A stretch of DNA of 64,000 nucleotides from Pseudomonadota bacterium (lineage in GTDB: Bacteria > Desulfobacterota > Binatia > Binatales > Binataceae), in the NCBI GenBank assembly GCA_021325025.1, contig JAJPHZ010000007.1, positions 190 to 64,189 of the forward strand. The letters are read 5' to 3'. Position numbers and translations under genes: made by a program. Below the pieces are notes generated by a model, which worked only from the letters and a program-made list of their open reading frames with translations, did no database searches and was not told where the DNA came from. Positions 48,404 through 58,630 of the stretch are shown one piece after another. Each line of letters opens with the position of its first letter. The first letter of the stretch is position 1.

Positions 48404-51400
48404 CTAAGTTCTGCCGCCGTCCCGCGTGGGCCGCGCGAGGACAGCGCGCTTGGCGCCCTCGTTGATCAGCAGGGGCAGGATGGAGCCGGCGCCGATCGCC
48501 ACAGTGTCGGCCAGATCGATCGCGGTGATGGCGAGCAGCTTGCGCAGCCACGGCATCACGAACACCGCTACCTGCAACACCAACGAGCCGGCCACCATCA
48601 GCGCCAGGACCGGATTGGATTGCCCCGGCGGACGCTCGAAGAGCGTGAAGCGCTCCGAGCGCGAGGGAATGGCGTGGAGAATCTGTCCGCCCACCAACGC
48701 GGTAAAGCCCAGCGTCCGGGCGCGCGCGCCCGCCCCATGTCTGGCTAAGCCGTAGCCATAGGCGCCCAATGTGCCGGCCGACAAGGTCAGGGATTCGAAG
48801 CCCATACGTCGAAGGTCGGCGGGCCGTACTACGGGTTCGTGCGGATCGCGCGGCGGCTGTTCCATGATGCCGGCTTCGGGCGGTTCCAGCGCCAGTCCCA
48901 GACCGAGCGAGGTTTCCGAGATCAGATTGATCCACAGCAGTTGCATCGGGGTCAGCGGCTGGCCCATCCCGGCAGCGATCGCCGCGAAGGTGACGATCAC
49001 TTCGCTCAGATTGGTGGAGAGCAGAAAATGGACCGCCTTGCGGATGTTGGAATAAATCGTGCGGCCCTGACGCACCGCGGCCAGCATGGTCTCCAGCGCG
49101 TCGTCCTCCAGGATTACGTCGGCGACCTCGCGCGCGATGTCGGTGCCGCTATGGCCCATCGCAACCCCGATGTCCGCCGCCTTGAGCGCCGGGCTGTCGT
49201 TGATGCCGTCGCCGGTCATCGCAACGATCTTGCCGCCGCGCTGCATTGCGCGCACAATCTGCAGCTTGTGCGCGGGACTGACGCGGGCGAACACATCGAC
49301 CTTCCCGGCCAGGCCTTTGAGAACGTCAGGCTCGCGACCGGCCAGTTCGGTGGAGTCGACAATCTCCAGGCGGCTGTTGCGGCTTAAGTTCAACTCGTTG
49401 CCAATCGCCCAGGCGGTGGGGCCCTGATCGCCGGTGATCATCACGGTGTCGATGCCGGCGCGATGAAAGCCGCGGATCACTTCCGCCACACCGCTGCGCA
49501 CGGGATCGGTCAGAGCGGCCAGCCCTAGCCATACCAGTTCCTGCTCCCCGTCAAGCGGTTCGGCCGCATCCTCGCGCCAGGCGCATCCCAGCACGCGCAG
49601 CGCACGCCCCGCCATCCGTTGATTCTCGGCTTCGATTGCGGCGCGATCGGCTGCGGTCAGCTCCACGACACGCCCCGCCTTGAGTTGCCGCGTACACATC
49701 GCCAGTACCTGCTCGGGACTGCCTTTGACGGCGGTCAGAAACCGGCGGGCGCCGGCGCCGTCGGCGATGCGATGCAGTGTGCGCATGAAACTGCGGTCCT
49801 CGGAGCGCAAGCTCACCTTGAGGATCGGATGGCTGCGGCGAATGGCGAGCGCGTCCTCGCCCAGCGCGAGCGCCAGGTTGACCAGCGCATTCTCAGTCGG
49901 GGAGCCGGTCAGGACGTAGGTGCCGTCGCGCCGCTCGATGCGGGTTTCGCTGCACAACACGCATGCCCTGAGCAGGCCGGCGAGTTCGCGCGGCGCTTGC
50001 GCCCCAAGGGGTTGGCCCTCTCCCCACAGCGCGTCGGCGCGCACTTCGAACCTGCGTCCACCGGCGTACAGCTCGACCACGGACATGCGGTTGAGCGTCA
50101 GCGTGCCGGTCTTGTCCAGGCATACCGCGCCCACGCAGCCCAGGGTTTCCACCGCGCCCAGGCGGCGTATCAGCACGTGCTGCTTGCGCATGCGGGCGAT
50201 ACCCAGGGCGAGGATCGTGGTGGCGATGGTGGGTAGGCCCTCGGGCACTGCGGCCACCGCCAACGCAATCGAGGTTTGCAGCATATTGATAAAGGAGTAG
50301 CCGCGCAGCAGGCCGATGCCGAACAGCGCGGCGGACACCGCGCTGACCCCGGCGCCAAGCTGACGCCCCATGTCGTCGAGCTGACGCTGCAGCGGGGTGC
50401 GCGGCGCCTGGGCCGCCGCCGCCAGGGTCTGGATGCGCCCGATCTGGGTCCAGCGTCCGGTCGCGACGACCACCGCAGAGCCTTGCCCGCCGGTCACCAG
50501 CGTGCCCATGTAGACCATGTTGCGGCGGTCGGCCAGCGGCAGTTCATCGGCGGCCAGCGGCGCGACGGTCTTGTACGCCGGCGCGCTTTCGCCGGTCAGC
50601 GTCGATTCGTCGATGCTCAGGCGCTCAGCCTCGATCAGCCGCCCGTCGGCCGCCACGCGGTATCCTGGACGCAGTATCATGATGTCGCCTACCACCACTT
50701 CGTACTCCGGAATTTCCCGCAGCAGGCCGTCGCGCAGGACGGTTGCCGATGAGGTAACCAACCTTCGCAGCGAGTCGATGGTCTTTTGCGCCTGGCTTTC
50801 GGTGGCATAGCCGATCGCGCCGTTGAGCGCGACCACGCCGAGGATCATTGCAGCATCGGCTATCCCGCCGGTCAGGATTGACGCGCCCGCCGCCGCCATC
50901 AGCAGCAGAATCGGCGTCGAGCTGAGTTGATCGAGCAGGATTGCCAACTGCGGGCGCGGCGCCGATTCCGGCAACCGGTTTGCTCCGTATTCTTGCAGTC
51001 GTTGCGCGGCGGTCGAGCCGGAAAGCCCGGTTTGAATCGACGTGCCCAGGCGTTGCGCGACCCCTGACCGGTCCATCGCATGCCACGATTCGTGCGGCGG
51101 CGGTTTCGTGGTGTGCCATCGCCAGCCGGCGCGCGCCGAATCGACATGCGCGGGCGGGATTACCGGAATTTCCAGCCGCCCAAAGCCGTCGAGCGCGCGT
51201 TCGATCAATGCGCTTATCTGTTCGATGCTGCAGTCCGGATCGAATCTGACCAGCACGGTTCCGGTCAGCGCGCTGACGCTGATTAGCCTGATGGCGGGAA
51301 GGCCGGCAAGCCTGCTCTCCAGTATGCGCTTCGCGATCGGCGAGCGATGCAGGCCCGCAACCCTGAAGCGGGCGCGACCTGCGACCGCGCAATGGACGGG

Positions 51401-51463
51401 CACGACGCGGTCGCGCGCGGCCTTGCCGGTGGAGTGCATGGGGATTTTGGCGTCAGCGTTCAT
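48404..51463 (-). CDS. P-type cation-transporting ATPase (type II/III, Ca2+/Mn2+/Mg2+-like) with a roughly 100-aa N-terminal extension
   Basis: DKTGTLT phosphorylation motif (CLDKTGTLTLN). MTGDGINDSPALKAADIGVAMG hinge. 10 TM helices. N-terminal domain lacks CxxC. Confidence 0.8.
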   Translation of the reverse strand: MNADAKIPMHSTGKAARDRVVPVHCAVAGRARFRVAGLHRSPIAKRILESRLAGLPAIRLISVSALTGTVLVRFDPDCSIEQISALIERALDGFGRLEIPVIPPAHVDSARAGWRWHTTKPPPHESWHAMDRSGVAQRLGTSIQTGLSGSTAAQRLQEYGANRLPESAPRPQLAILLDQLSSTPILLLMAAAGASILTGGIADAAMILGVVALNGAIGYATESQAQKTIDSLRRLVTSSATVLRDGLLREIPEYEVVVGDIMILRPGYRVAADGRLIEAERLSIDESTLTGESAPAYKTVAPLAADELPLADRRNMVYMGTLVTGGQGSAVVVATGRWTQIGRIQTLAAAAQAPRTPLQRQLDDMGRQLGAGVSAVSAALFGIGLLRGYSFINMLQTSIALAVAAVPEGLPTIATTILALGIARMRKQHVLIRRLGAVETLGCVGAVCLDKTGTLTLNRMSVVELYAGGRRFEVRADALWGEGQPLGAQAPRELAGLLRACVLCSETRIERRDGTYVLTGSPTENALVNLALALGEDALAIRRSHPILKVSLRSEDRSFMRTLHRIADGAGARRFLTAVKGSPEQVLAMCTRQLKAGRVVELTAADRAAIEAENQRMAGRALRVLGCAWREDAAEPLDGEQELVWLGLAALTDPVRSGVAEVIRGFHRAGIDTVMITGDQGPTAWAIGNELNLSRNSRLEIVDSTELAGREPDVLKGLAGKVDVFARVSPAHKLQIVRAMQRGGKIVAMTGDGINDSPALKAADIGVAMGHSGTDIAREVADVILEDDALETMLAAVRQGRTIYSNIRKAVHFLLSTNLSEVIVTFAAIAAGMGQPLTPMQLLWINLISETSLGLGLALEPPEAGIMEQPPRDPHEPVVRPADLRRMGFESLTLSAGTLGAYGYGLARHGAGARARTLGFTALVGGQILHAIPSRSERFTLFERPPGQSNPVLALMVAGSLVLQVAVFVMPWLRKLLAITAIDLADTVAIGAGSILPLLINEGAKRAVLARPTRDGGRT

Positions 51464-51469
51464 CGTAAA

Positions 51470-52186
51470 TCAGTCCGCCCGCCGGTTGTCCGCCGCGCCC
51501 CGCCACCACAATGGAGAGCTTATCACTAAAGCCGCGGTGATGGTGGGGATCAGCAGTTGGGTGGCGCGCAGGGCCGCCAGATGCTCAAAGCGCGCCGCCG
51601 CCTCAACCAGCATCGAGCCGGCAATCCAGCCCAAAATCCCGGCCGCCGCGGTGAACGCCGCCGGGTAGCGCCGCATCACGCCGGCGACTGCCAGACTGGC
51701 GAGGATGATCGGTGCCGCGCTGAGCAGCACCCCGGCGCTCAGCAGCCAGGGATGCCCGCGTCCGACCGCGGCGACGGCCAGGATGTTGTCCGGGCACATC
51801 ACGAAATACCCGACGATTACGGTCATGATCCAACCCGGCATTTTATGGTCGTGGGTGTCAGGCGCGGCCGGTGGCCAATGGTGTGCCGGGCTGCGCACCA
51901 GCCGCACCGCGATCGCGCCCAGCACCAGGCCGCCGACCAGCGAAACGGCCGGCAGCGTCAGCAGCCGCGCCATGATCAGCGTTGTCACGATCTGCATCAG
52001 CACCGCGGCGCCGATTCCGGCCGCCGATGCGATCCGGCGCTGCGCGACAGCCATCCCGTGGACCGCCATGCCGACGACCACCGCGTTATCGCCGCTGAGC
52101 GCGAGGTTGACGGCGACGATCTCGGCCAGGCAGACGACATCTGCACCAAACCGGCTCACGCGCGCGAAACCCCTGCCGGGCAGCAT
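51470..52186 (-). CDS. TerC-family integral membrane protein (putative Mn/metal exporter)
   Basis: Duplicated LSGDNAVVVG / MCPDNILAVAAV motifs, characteristic of TerC/YkoY/Alx. Ends 6 bp before the ATPase start. Confidence 0.75.
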   Translation of the reverse strand: MLPGRGFARVSRFGADVVCLAEIVAVNLALSGDNAVVVGMAVHGMAVAQRRIASAAGIGAAVLMQIVTTLIMARLLTLPAVSLVGGLVLGAIAVRLVRSPAHHWPPAAPDTHDHKMPGWIMTVIVGYFVMCPDNILAVAAVGRGHPWLLSAGVLLSAAPIILASLAVAGVMRRYPAAFTAAAGILGWIAGSMLVEAAARFEHLAALRATQLLIPTITAALVISSPLWWRGAADNRRAD

Positions 52187-52399
52187 GCACGCCGGCGGCC
52201 AATTAGCGCGCGATACACCAAAACAGCCACGCTCATTTCTGTTGTTGTGACGGCCCCCGTTGGCGGGCGCCGATTAAATTTTTCCATATGTAAGGATACA
52301 GAAGGCAACCCACGTCGGCCATTTTTGCATTTCGCGCGGCGCTCTGTTAGACCGATCACATGATTCCCTGCCGCCAGGCGGCGCGGCAAGGGGGGCGAT

Positions 52400-52762
52400 A
52401 TGCAGGGCTGCCAGGTTTGCGATAATCCGCGCCGGCCGGATCTCACCACCAGTCAGATCGAATGGCACAACATGGGTCATCCCGGACTGGAAAGTTTGCG
52501 CAGCAGGGCTGCTTCCACGAAACTGCGCAGCGTGGTGATTATCCGGCCGGGCGATCAGATCCTGTACGAAATCAAGCCCGGGTCGTGGACGCGAATCGAC
52601 GAGCTGGACGTGGCAATTGCGGCCGGACACAGCGTGCACGACCTGGCGGCCACCTGCCGGCGCTGCTCGCGCCTGGTGCTGGAGCGCCGCCGCGGCGCCC
52701 GCGGCTTCTGGGGTGCGTTGCTGGAGCGCATCGCATTGCGCAGACTGCGCAAAGCGGATTGA
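52400..52762 (+). CDS. Hypothetical protein (120 aa, CxxC...CxxC, Arg-rich C-terminus)
   Basis: ORF only. Divergent from TerC. Confidence 0.35.
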   Translation: MQGCQVCDNPRRPDLTTSQIEWHNMGHPGLESLRSRAASTKLRSVVIIRPGDQILYEIKPGSWTRIDELDVAIAAGHSVHDLAATCRRCSRLVLERRRGARGFWGALLERIALRRLRKAD

Positions 52763-52855
52763 CAAACTGTTTGGACTTCAGCGCGACTGCGGCTTTATAA
52801 TCGCAGCGCCCGGCTACTTGCGCCGGGCGCGCATCATGGTGCATCGAGGGAGAAA

Positions 52856-53257
52856 ATGATGGACGCTGCCGCTCAGAAACAACGCGCACTGGCCTTTCTC
52901 GACCAGATGAACCATCCCGATTCGGAGGTGCTGGCCGGCCTTATCAGCGAGGATTTCGAATTCGAGTTCATGATGCGCGCGCCGGGCGTCAAGGTGCAAA
53001 AGCATGATGAGTTTCTCAAGTGGTTTCCCAAAATCATGAAGAGCTGGTTTCCCAACGGGCTGAACATGACCTTCGACACGGTAATCGCGGAGGGACCGAT
53101 GGTCGCGGTGCAGGCGCGGGCCGAGACGCTCGCGGGAAACGGCAAGCGCTACTCCAACCGCTACCACTTCTTCCTGCGCTTCAAGGACGATCGCATCCAA
53201 CAGGCGCGCGAATACAACGACACCAACCACGTGCGCGAGACGTTCTTCCCGGCCTGA
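52856..53257 (+). CDS. NTF2-like / SnoaL-like fold protein
   Basis: LAFLDQMNHPDSEVLAGLISEDFEFEF...YSNRYHFFLRFKDDRIQQAREY, typical ketosteroid-isomerase-like pattern. Confidence 0.55.
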   Translation: MMDAAAQKQRALAFLDQMNHPDSEVLAGLISEDFEFEFMMRAPGVKVQKHDEFLKWFPKIMKSWFPNGLNMTFDTVIAEGPMVAVQARAETLAGNGKRYSNRYHFFLRFKDDRIQQAREYNDTNHVRETFFPA

Positions 53258-53619
53258 ACGCGGTCCGCGAACGGCCCGCATATGACAACGGTTGATACGC
53301 AACCTGTTCGTGGCCGGGATAGACGAGCAGGTCGTCGAAGCCGCGATGCGTGAGCATGACGCGCTCTTCCAGCTCCCAGTCGACCCCCCGAGCTCCAGCG
53401 TCGCTGCGACGAAATCGGTTTTCGGTACATGAGCGGAACGGCTCCCGCGGAAGGGAAAAGACTCTCGGCTGGCTCGCCGCTTGCGACGGGCGCCGCATCG
53501 CAGCCACGGGACCAAAGACAATCGCAGAGCTTTACGCATTGCCTGGAGGCCGCATGATCCCGGACCGTTCATCTATCGGGTTTATTTCCAGTTGAGCCCT
53601 TTGCGGACCGCACCGCGCG

Positions 53620-53862
53620 TCAACCGGGGCGAGCATCTTCGCCACGGGCGGCGGTGAACATCATGTTGATGAATTCGGTGACCTGGCAGCGCGGGCACAT
53701 TACCAGGGGATGGGACTGGTTGCGCTGGTCGCGGCATTCGTCGAAATAGCAACTGCACGCCATCTTAAGCCCGCACCATTCGCATTTGACCGCGTGCAGG
53801 CGGCCGATGTTTTGCGTGATTCGTCGCCGTTCCTCCCTGCGTCTGCGCTTGGCCTTCTTCAT
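53620..53862 (-). CDS. Small basic Cys-rich (zinc-binding?) hypothetical protein, 80 aa
   Basis: KKAKRRRREERRR N-terminus, then CEWCG...CSC...C...CPRC. Confidence 0.35.
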   Translation of the reverse strand: MKKAKRRRREERRRITQNIGRLHAVKCEWCGLKMACSCYFDECRDQRNQSHPLVMCPRCQVTEFINMMFTAARGEDARPG

Positions 53863-54053
53863 GGAGCGACGCTATCACGGCAGCGCGACAACCGTTGTCC
53901 TCGAAGCAATCGAGGTGGGTATCTTCCCGCCCGGACGATCCGCGGACCTGGGGAGTTTATGCTGCGGCGGAAATACCGTTGTATCCCGCCGAGCGCCGCC
54001 GCCTTCGGCAGGTCGGCCATTTCCGGCGCATGGCCCGGCGGCTTGCGGCACCC

Positions 54054-55022
54054 TCAGGAGAAGGCCTGGAACACAGCGCGCACGCCGCGGTCGTAGTCGC
54101 CGTCGATTGCCACCGGATAGAGCAGCACGTAGGCGGCGCCGGCCCGCTCGAACTCCTCCAGTTTACGCCGGCAGTCCTGCGCGCTGCCCATCGCCGCCAC
54201 CTCCTCCGCCATCCGATCGGAAACCGCGGCGGCCGCGCCCGCCATGTCGCCCCGGGCGGCCGCGTCCATGATCGCTTCGGCCTCCTTGGCGAATCCCTGG
54301 CGGACAAACAGGCGGTTGTAAAACGGCAACGAGCCGTACATGGCAAGCGTGCTCTTGACCGAGCGCAGCGCCACGGCCCGATCGGAACAGACGCAGCAAT
54401 GCATAATCAGCGCGACTGCGACGTCGGCGGGATTGCGCCCCGCACGCCGAGCCCCGCGCGCGATCCCGTCCACCACTTCCTTAAGCCCGCGCGGGCAATA
54501 GTTGAGCGGCAGACTGCCGTCGGCGATCTCGCCGGTAAGCTCGATGCTTTTGGGCGAGATGCTCGCGATGTACACGGAAATCCTGCCTTCGGCTTTGGGC
54601 GGCGCGAATCCCGGCCGGTTGATTAGCGCCTCGCCCGCAAACGCCTTGCGCAGCGTCGCCACGCAATCGCGCAGCGCGGCCAGCGGCTTGTTCATGCTGA
54701 TGCCGTAGGCGGCGTTGATCGGCTGATGGCTGGTGCCCAATCCGAGCAGCAGACGGCCCGGCGCCAGCGCATCGATCGCCATCGCATGGCCTGCCAGCAG
54801 CGCCGGATGGCGGGTGTATATGTTGGCGATTCCGGTGCCGACCTGGATGCGCGTGGTCACCGAAGCAATATGCTGCGCCACGGCCAATGCGTCGGTGGCC
54901 GGTCCCTCGGTGACCAGAAAGCTGCGCAGACCGATCTGCTCGGCGGTTTTGGCATAGTCCACCAGCCGGTTGAACGACGCTCGGCCGCCGCCGGCCATTA
55001 CCAGGATCCCCGGTGTCTGCAT
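54054..55022 (-). CDS. LLM-class F420-dependent-type oxidoreductase
   Basis: GLRSFLVTEGPATDALAVAQHIASVT...LGLGTS, typical of the F420/methylene-H4MPT-reductase LLM subclass. Confidence 0.6.
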   Translation of the reverse strand: MQTPGILVMAGGGRASFNRLVDYAKTAEQIGLRSFLVTEGPATDALAVAQHIASVTTRIQVGTGIANIYTRHPALLAGHAMAIDALAPGRLLLGLGTSHQPINAAYGISMNKPLAALRDCVATLRKAFAGEALINRPGFAPPKAEGRISVYIASISPKSIELTGEIADGSLPLNYCPRGLKEVVDGIARGARRAGRNPADVAVALIMHCCVCSDRAVALRSVKSTLAMYGSLPFYNRLFVRQGFAKEAEAIMDAAARGDMAGAAAAVSDRMAEEVAAMGSAQDCRRKLEEFERAGAAYVLLYPVAIDGDYDRGVRAVFQAFS

Positions 55023-55073
55023 CGGCGTATCCTCCTCGAACTGGCTGTGCGCAGATGCTGCGGCGCATGTGAA

Positions 55074-56321
55074 CTATATGATTCCCTCGCGGGCCAGCGC
55101 GGCGATTTCCTCCGCGCTCAGCCCCAACAGTTCGCCGTAAACCAGGCGATTATCCTGACCCAGCGCGGGCGAGCCGCGCCAGATCCGGCCCGGCGTGGCC
55201 GACATCGGAGGCGCGATACCGGTGCCGCGCACCCGGCCCGCCTCTTCGTCCTCCCATTCGATGTGGATGCCGCGCGCGCGATAATGCGGATTCTCCGCCA
55301 TGTCCTTGCTCGACATCACCTTGGCGCACGGGATGCTCAGGTCGCGCATCGTTGCCAGCACCTGCTCGGAGGTATGGTCGGCCACCCACGCCCGGAACAG
55401 CGCGTCGAACTCCCATCCTTCCGCGGTGCCGACCTTGTAGGTGATTCCCTTCCACTTCTCCTCGTTGGGATCCAGGCCGAGCAGGCGGCAGAGTTTCTCG
55501 CCGTGCGCCGGCAGCGCGGCCGCGATCATCAGCCATCCGTCGCGCGAATGGAAGGTGTCGAGCGGCTGAATAGCGGTGGCGCGATTGCCCACCCGCTCCC
55601 GGATTAGCCCGGTTTCGAAATACTCGAGCATGGTGGGCCCCAGTATTTTGTGAATCACTTCGAACATCGCCACGTCGATCGACTGCCCCTGGCCGGTGGC
55701 CCTGGCGTTCATGATACAGGCCAGCGTCGCCGACAGGGCGCAGAAGGCGCTGATGTAGTCGGCGGTCCACGGCTGCGCCCGCACCGGCGGCTCGGGGTCG
55801 GGGAAGCCCGCCTGATACATCATCCCGCCGAAGGCCTGCGCGGTGGAATCGACGCACGCGCGCGGCACGTAGTCGGGGTCGCCGGTGTGTCCGTAGCCGG
55901 AGATATGGGTGATGACCAGGCGCGGATTGGCCTTGAGGATCGCCGCGTCGTCCAGGCCCCATCGCGCAAACGTGCCCGGCTTGGAGGACTCGATCCAAGC
56001 GTCGGCCTCGCACAATAGTTTGAGGAACAGGTCGCGGCCGCGCGGCTTGGAAGGATCGAGCGTAACGCCCAGCATGTTGCGCCGCTCCTGGATCCAGTTG
56101 GTGGTGACCGGCGGCTTGGAGGGATCCTTGTTGGGCAGCTTGATGCCGGCCAGGCGGTAAGGGTCGCCCTCGCCGGCGCGCTCGACATGTATCACCTCGG
56201 CGCCCCATTCCGCGGCCACTTCGGACGCGAATGGCCCGGCAATAAAAACCCCCGAGGAGATGATCCGCGTTCCGTGAAGGGGACCGAATTTTTCCGCAAT
56301 CAACAATTTCCTGCCGTTCAT
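55074..56321 (-). CDS. CoA-transferase family III (CaiB/BaiF) protein
   Basis: AAGGA RBS before ATG 56321. PLHGTRIISSGVFIAGPFASEVAAEWGAEVIHVE, the canonical family III N-terminus. Confidence 0.75.
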   Translation of the reverse strand: MNGRKLLIAEKFGPLHGTRIISSGVFIAGPFASEVAAEWGAEVIHVERAGEGDPYRLAGIKLPNKDPSKPPVTTNWIQERRNMLGVTLDPSKPRGRDLFLKLLCEADAWIESSKPGTFARWGLDDAAILKANPRLVITHISGYGHTGDPDYVPRACVDSTAQAFGGMMYQAGFPDPEPPVRAQPWTADYISAFCALSATLACIMNARATGQGQSIDVAMFEVIHKILGPTMLEYFETGLIRERVGNRATAIQPLDTFHSRDGWLMIAAALPAHGEKLCRLLGLDPNEEKWKGITYKVGTAEGWEFDALFRAWVADHTSEQVLATMRDLSIPCAKVMSSKDMAENPHYRARGIHIEWEDEEAGRVRGTGIAPPMSATPGRIWRGSPALGQDNRLVYGELLGLSAEEIAALAREGII

Positions 56322-56552
56322 GCCTGTCCTTGCGATGGCGGGCCGAAAGCCGTCGGGCCGCACGCTCAGTTACCTTTGCCCAGTGCCGGAACCGATGCAA
56401 TCAGCCCAAACGGTGGCGGCAAACTGAGGATCAGGAGCAATGCGGCCCAACCATCCTCTGCGCCGCGGGCAGGGACGTCCGCGCCGCTTCAGATACGACA
56501 AGGGCCGGGGCGCGATGCGATTGCGCATCGCCGCCCCGGCTGCATTGGAGGA

Positions 56553-57659
56553 TCAATCGAGGTTGTAGACCTTCTTCGCGTTGCCGGCGACGATCTTGTA
56601 CTTTTCGTCCTCCGGGACGCCCGCGAAGGTGTCCTCGATGTACTGACGCGAGTTGGGCCAGGTGGTATCGGTGTGTGGATAGTCCGAGGACCACATCAGG
56701 TTGTCCAGCCCGATGTCGTGGCGAATCTTGACTCCGATCTTGTCCTCGATGAAGGTCGCGTAAACCTGACGATGGAAGTACTCACTGGGCAGCTTGGGCA
56801 GATTGAGCCTGGTCCAATGGCGATGGCGCTTGTAGGTGCGATCGGACTTCTCAAGGAAGTAGCCCAGCCATCCGATGTTCCCTTCGACCGACACGAACTT
56901 TAACCTGGGAAACAACTCCAGCACACCGCCGAAGATGATCTGGGAAAGCGCCTCGTAGTTGGCCAGCGACGCGACGTTGAGCAGCGCCGGCACCGCACCG
57001 CGCAAATTGTTGGCGCCGAACAGCGCCGCAGTGCGCCGATCCCCGGTGCGCAGATGGACATGGACGGGCAGATTGAGGTCCTGCGCCGCGGCCCAGATCG
57101 GATCATAGATGGAGCTGTTGAGCGCCTCGCCGCGCGGATACGTCGGCAGCATCACTCCGCGCAGTCCGGGCAGCTTGGCCACGCGCTCCACTTCCTTCTT
57201 GCCCACTTCGACGTCGTCAGTGGGAATCAGGCCGATGCCGATCAGCCGCGACGGATTGACCGAGCAGAATTCGGAGAGGAAATCGTTGTAGGCACGGATG
57301 CAGGCGAACTGCAGTTCGTGCTCCTCAATCCCGAAGATGCCGAGCCCGACGTTGGGAAAGATGGTCTGCGCGTCGACCCCGTCGATATCCATGTCCTTGA
57401 TCCGCTCATAAGGGTCATATGACCCCTTGCGGATGGTGTCGTAGGACTCGCCCGAGGGCTTGTATTCCTCGAACTTCTTGCCGGCCTGCGCTTCAAGTCC
57501 GATGGTCTTGCCGCGCACGCCGTTGATCTCCCAGGCATCGCCGTCGGCGACCCGCACCACGCGCGGCGCGCGGTCGCGCAGATGGGCCGGGACCCTGGCC
57601 TGCCAGGTATCTTTGGGCTCCTCGACGTGGTCGTCGGAGGAGATGACGTTGTATTTCAT
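56553..57659 (-). CDS. Amidohydrolase-2 family protein (third copy in window, more divergent)
   Basis: MKYNVISSDDHVEEP...MWSSDYPHTDTTWP metal-binding pattern. Confidence 0.7.
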   Translation of the reverse strand: MKYNVISSDDHVEEPKDTWQARVPAHLRDRAPRVVRVADGDAWEINGVRGKTIGLEAQAGKKFEEYKPSGESYDTIRKGSYDPYERIKDMDIDGVDAQTIFPNVGLGIFGIEEHELQFACIRAYNDFLSEFCSVNPSRLIGIGLIPTDDVEVGKKEVERVAKLPGLRGVMLPTYPRGEALNSSIYDPIWAAAQDLNLPVHVHLRTGDRRTAALFGANNLRGAVPALLNVASLANYEALSQIIFGGVLELFPRLKFVSVEGNIGWLGYFLEKSDRTYKRHRHWTRLNLPKLPSEYFHRQVYATFIEDKIGVKIRHDIGLDNLMWSSDYPHTDTTWPNSRQYIEDTFAGVPEDEKYKIVAGNAKKVYNLD

Positions 57660-57753
57660 TGGCTGACCTCCCTTACGATATTGTTCTCACACCGCGTCAA
57701 GAGCCGGCGCCGGGAACAGACGGTTTCGGAGACGGCGGCCGCCCGGCATTCTC

Positions 57754-58485
57754 TTATACGACTTTCAAGCGCGCTTTGCGAATCGCACGTTTGGGCGGGG
57801 GCGGCGTCCTGAGCCGGCCGCTGTCCCCGCCCATCTCGCGCTCCAGTTGTTGCAGGTGCTTCATCAGATTGGGACGCGCCGCAGGCGTCGCCACGCCCAG
57901 CAGGGTCAACACGAATCCGTACAGGACGTGGGTGCGAAACCCCTCGCCGTCGAGGTTGCCCTGAATCCACATGACCAATACGCCATAAAAGCCGATCACC
58001 AGCATCCGCGCGACGAACTGCGGATTGGCCTGCGGAATCAGGCGGCCGGCTTCGACCCCGGCCTGCAGCGCGCGATGCCACAGCGAGACGATGCGCGGAT
58101 GCAGCGGCGACTCGTGGATCGCGCCACGCGCCAGCCAGTGGGCCTGCATCAGCGGCAGCCAGAACGACGGGTCGCCGGTGTAGATGCGGGCACCCAGGTG
58201 CGCGACTTCCAGTACCTGCTCGATCGGGTCGCGCGCCCGCAGTTGTTCGCTGGCCTGCTCCAGCTTCTCCAGGGCGCCGAACTGCAGCGCCATCAGCACT
58301 CCGCCCTTGGAACCGAACAGGTTGTAGGGCGTGGCCAGGCTGACCTCGGCGCGCTGCGCCAGGGTGCGCATCGACAGTCCCGCCGCACCGCGCTCACGGA
58401 TAAGCTGGGCGGCTGCCTCCAGGATGCGCGCCCGCCGCTCCCGCATCTGCCGGTCGCGCAGCCCCTCGCTCTGTTCCGACGTCAT
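57754..58485 (-). CDS. TetR/AcrR-family transcriptional regulator
   Basis: HTH: ILEAAAQLIRERGAAGLSMRTLAQRAEVSLATPYNLFGSK. Confidence 0.8.
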   Translation of the reverse strand: MTSEQSEGLRDRQMRERRARILEAAAQLIRERGAAGLSMRTLAQRAEVSLATPYNLFGSKGGVLMALQFGALEKLEQASEQLRARDPIEQVLEVAHLGARIYTGDPSFWLPLMQAHWLARGAIHESPLHPRIVSLWHRALQAGVEAGRLIPQANPQFVARMLVIGFYGVLVMWIQGNLDGEGFRTHVLYGFVLTLLGVATPAARPNLMKHLQQLEREMGGDSGRLRTPPPPKRAIRKARLKVV

Positions 58486-58630
58486 AACGCGTTCGCTTTT
58501 TATAACGCGTTACGGTAAGAGGTCAAGCGCTCAAAAAGAATAGCGGCGGCGCGCGTCAGATGCTCACGCTTCAGCAACCGGCAGGATGCCCGTCTCACGT
58601 CCTTTTGGACTCCCGGGATCCCCAACGTCT

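Noticed and set aside
55150-56400. 416-aa alternative-frame ORF overlapping the CaiB/BaiF gene
   Set aside because: Arg/Gly-rich nonsense translation. The other frame has the canonical CoA-transferase III N-terminus.
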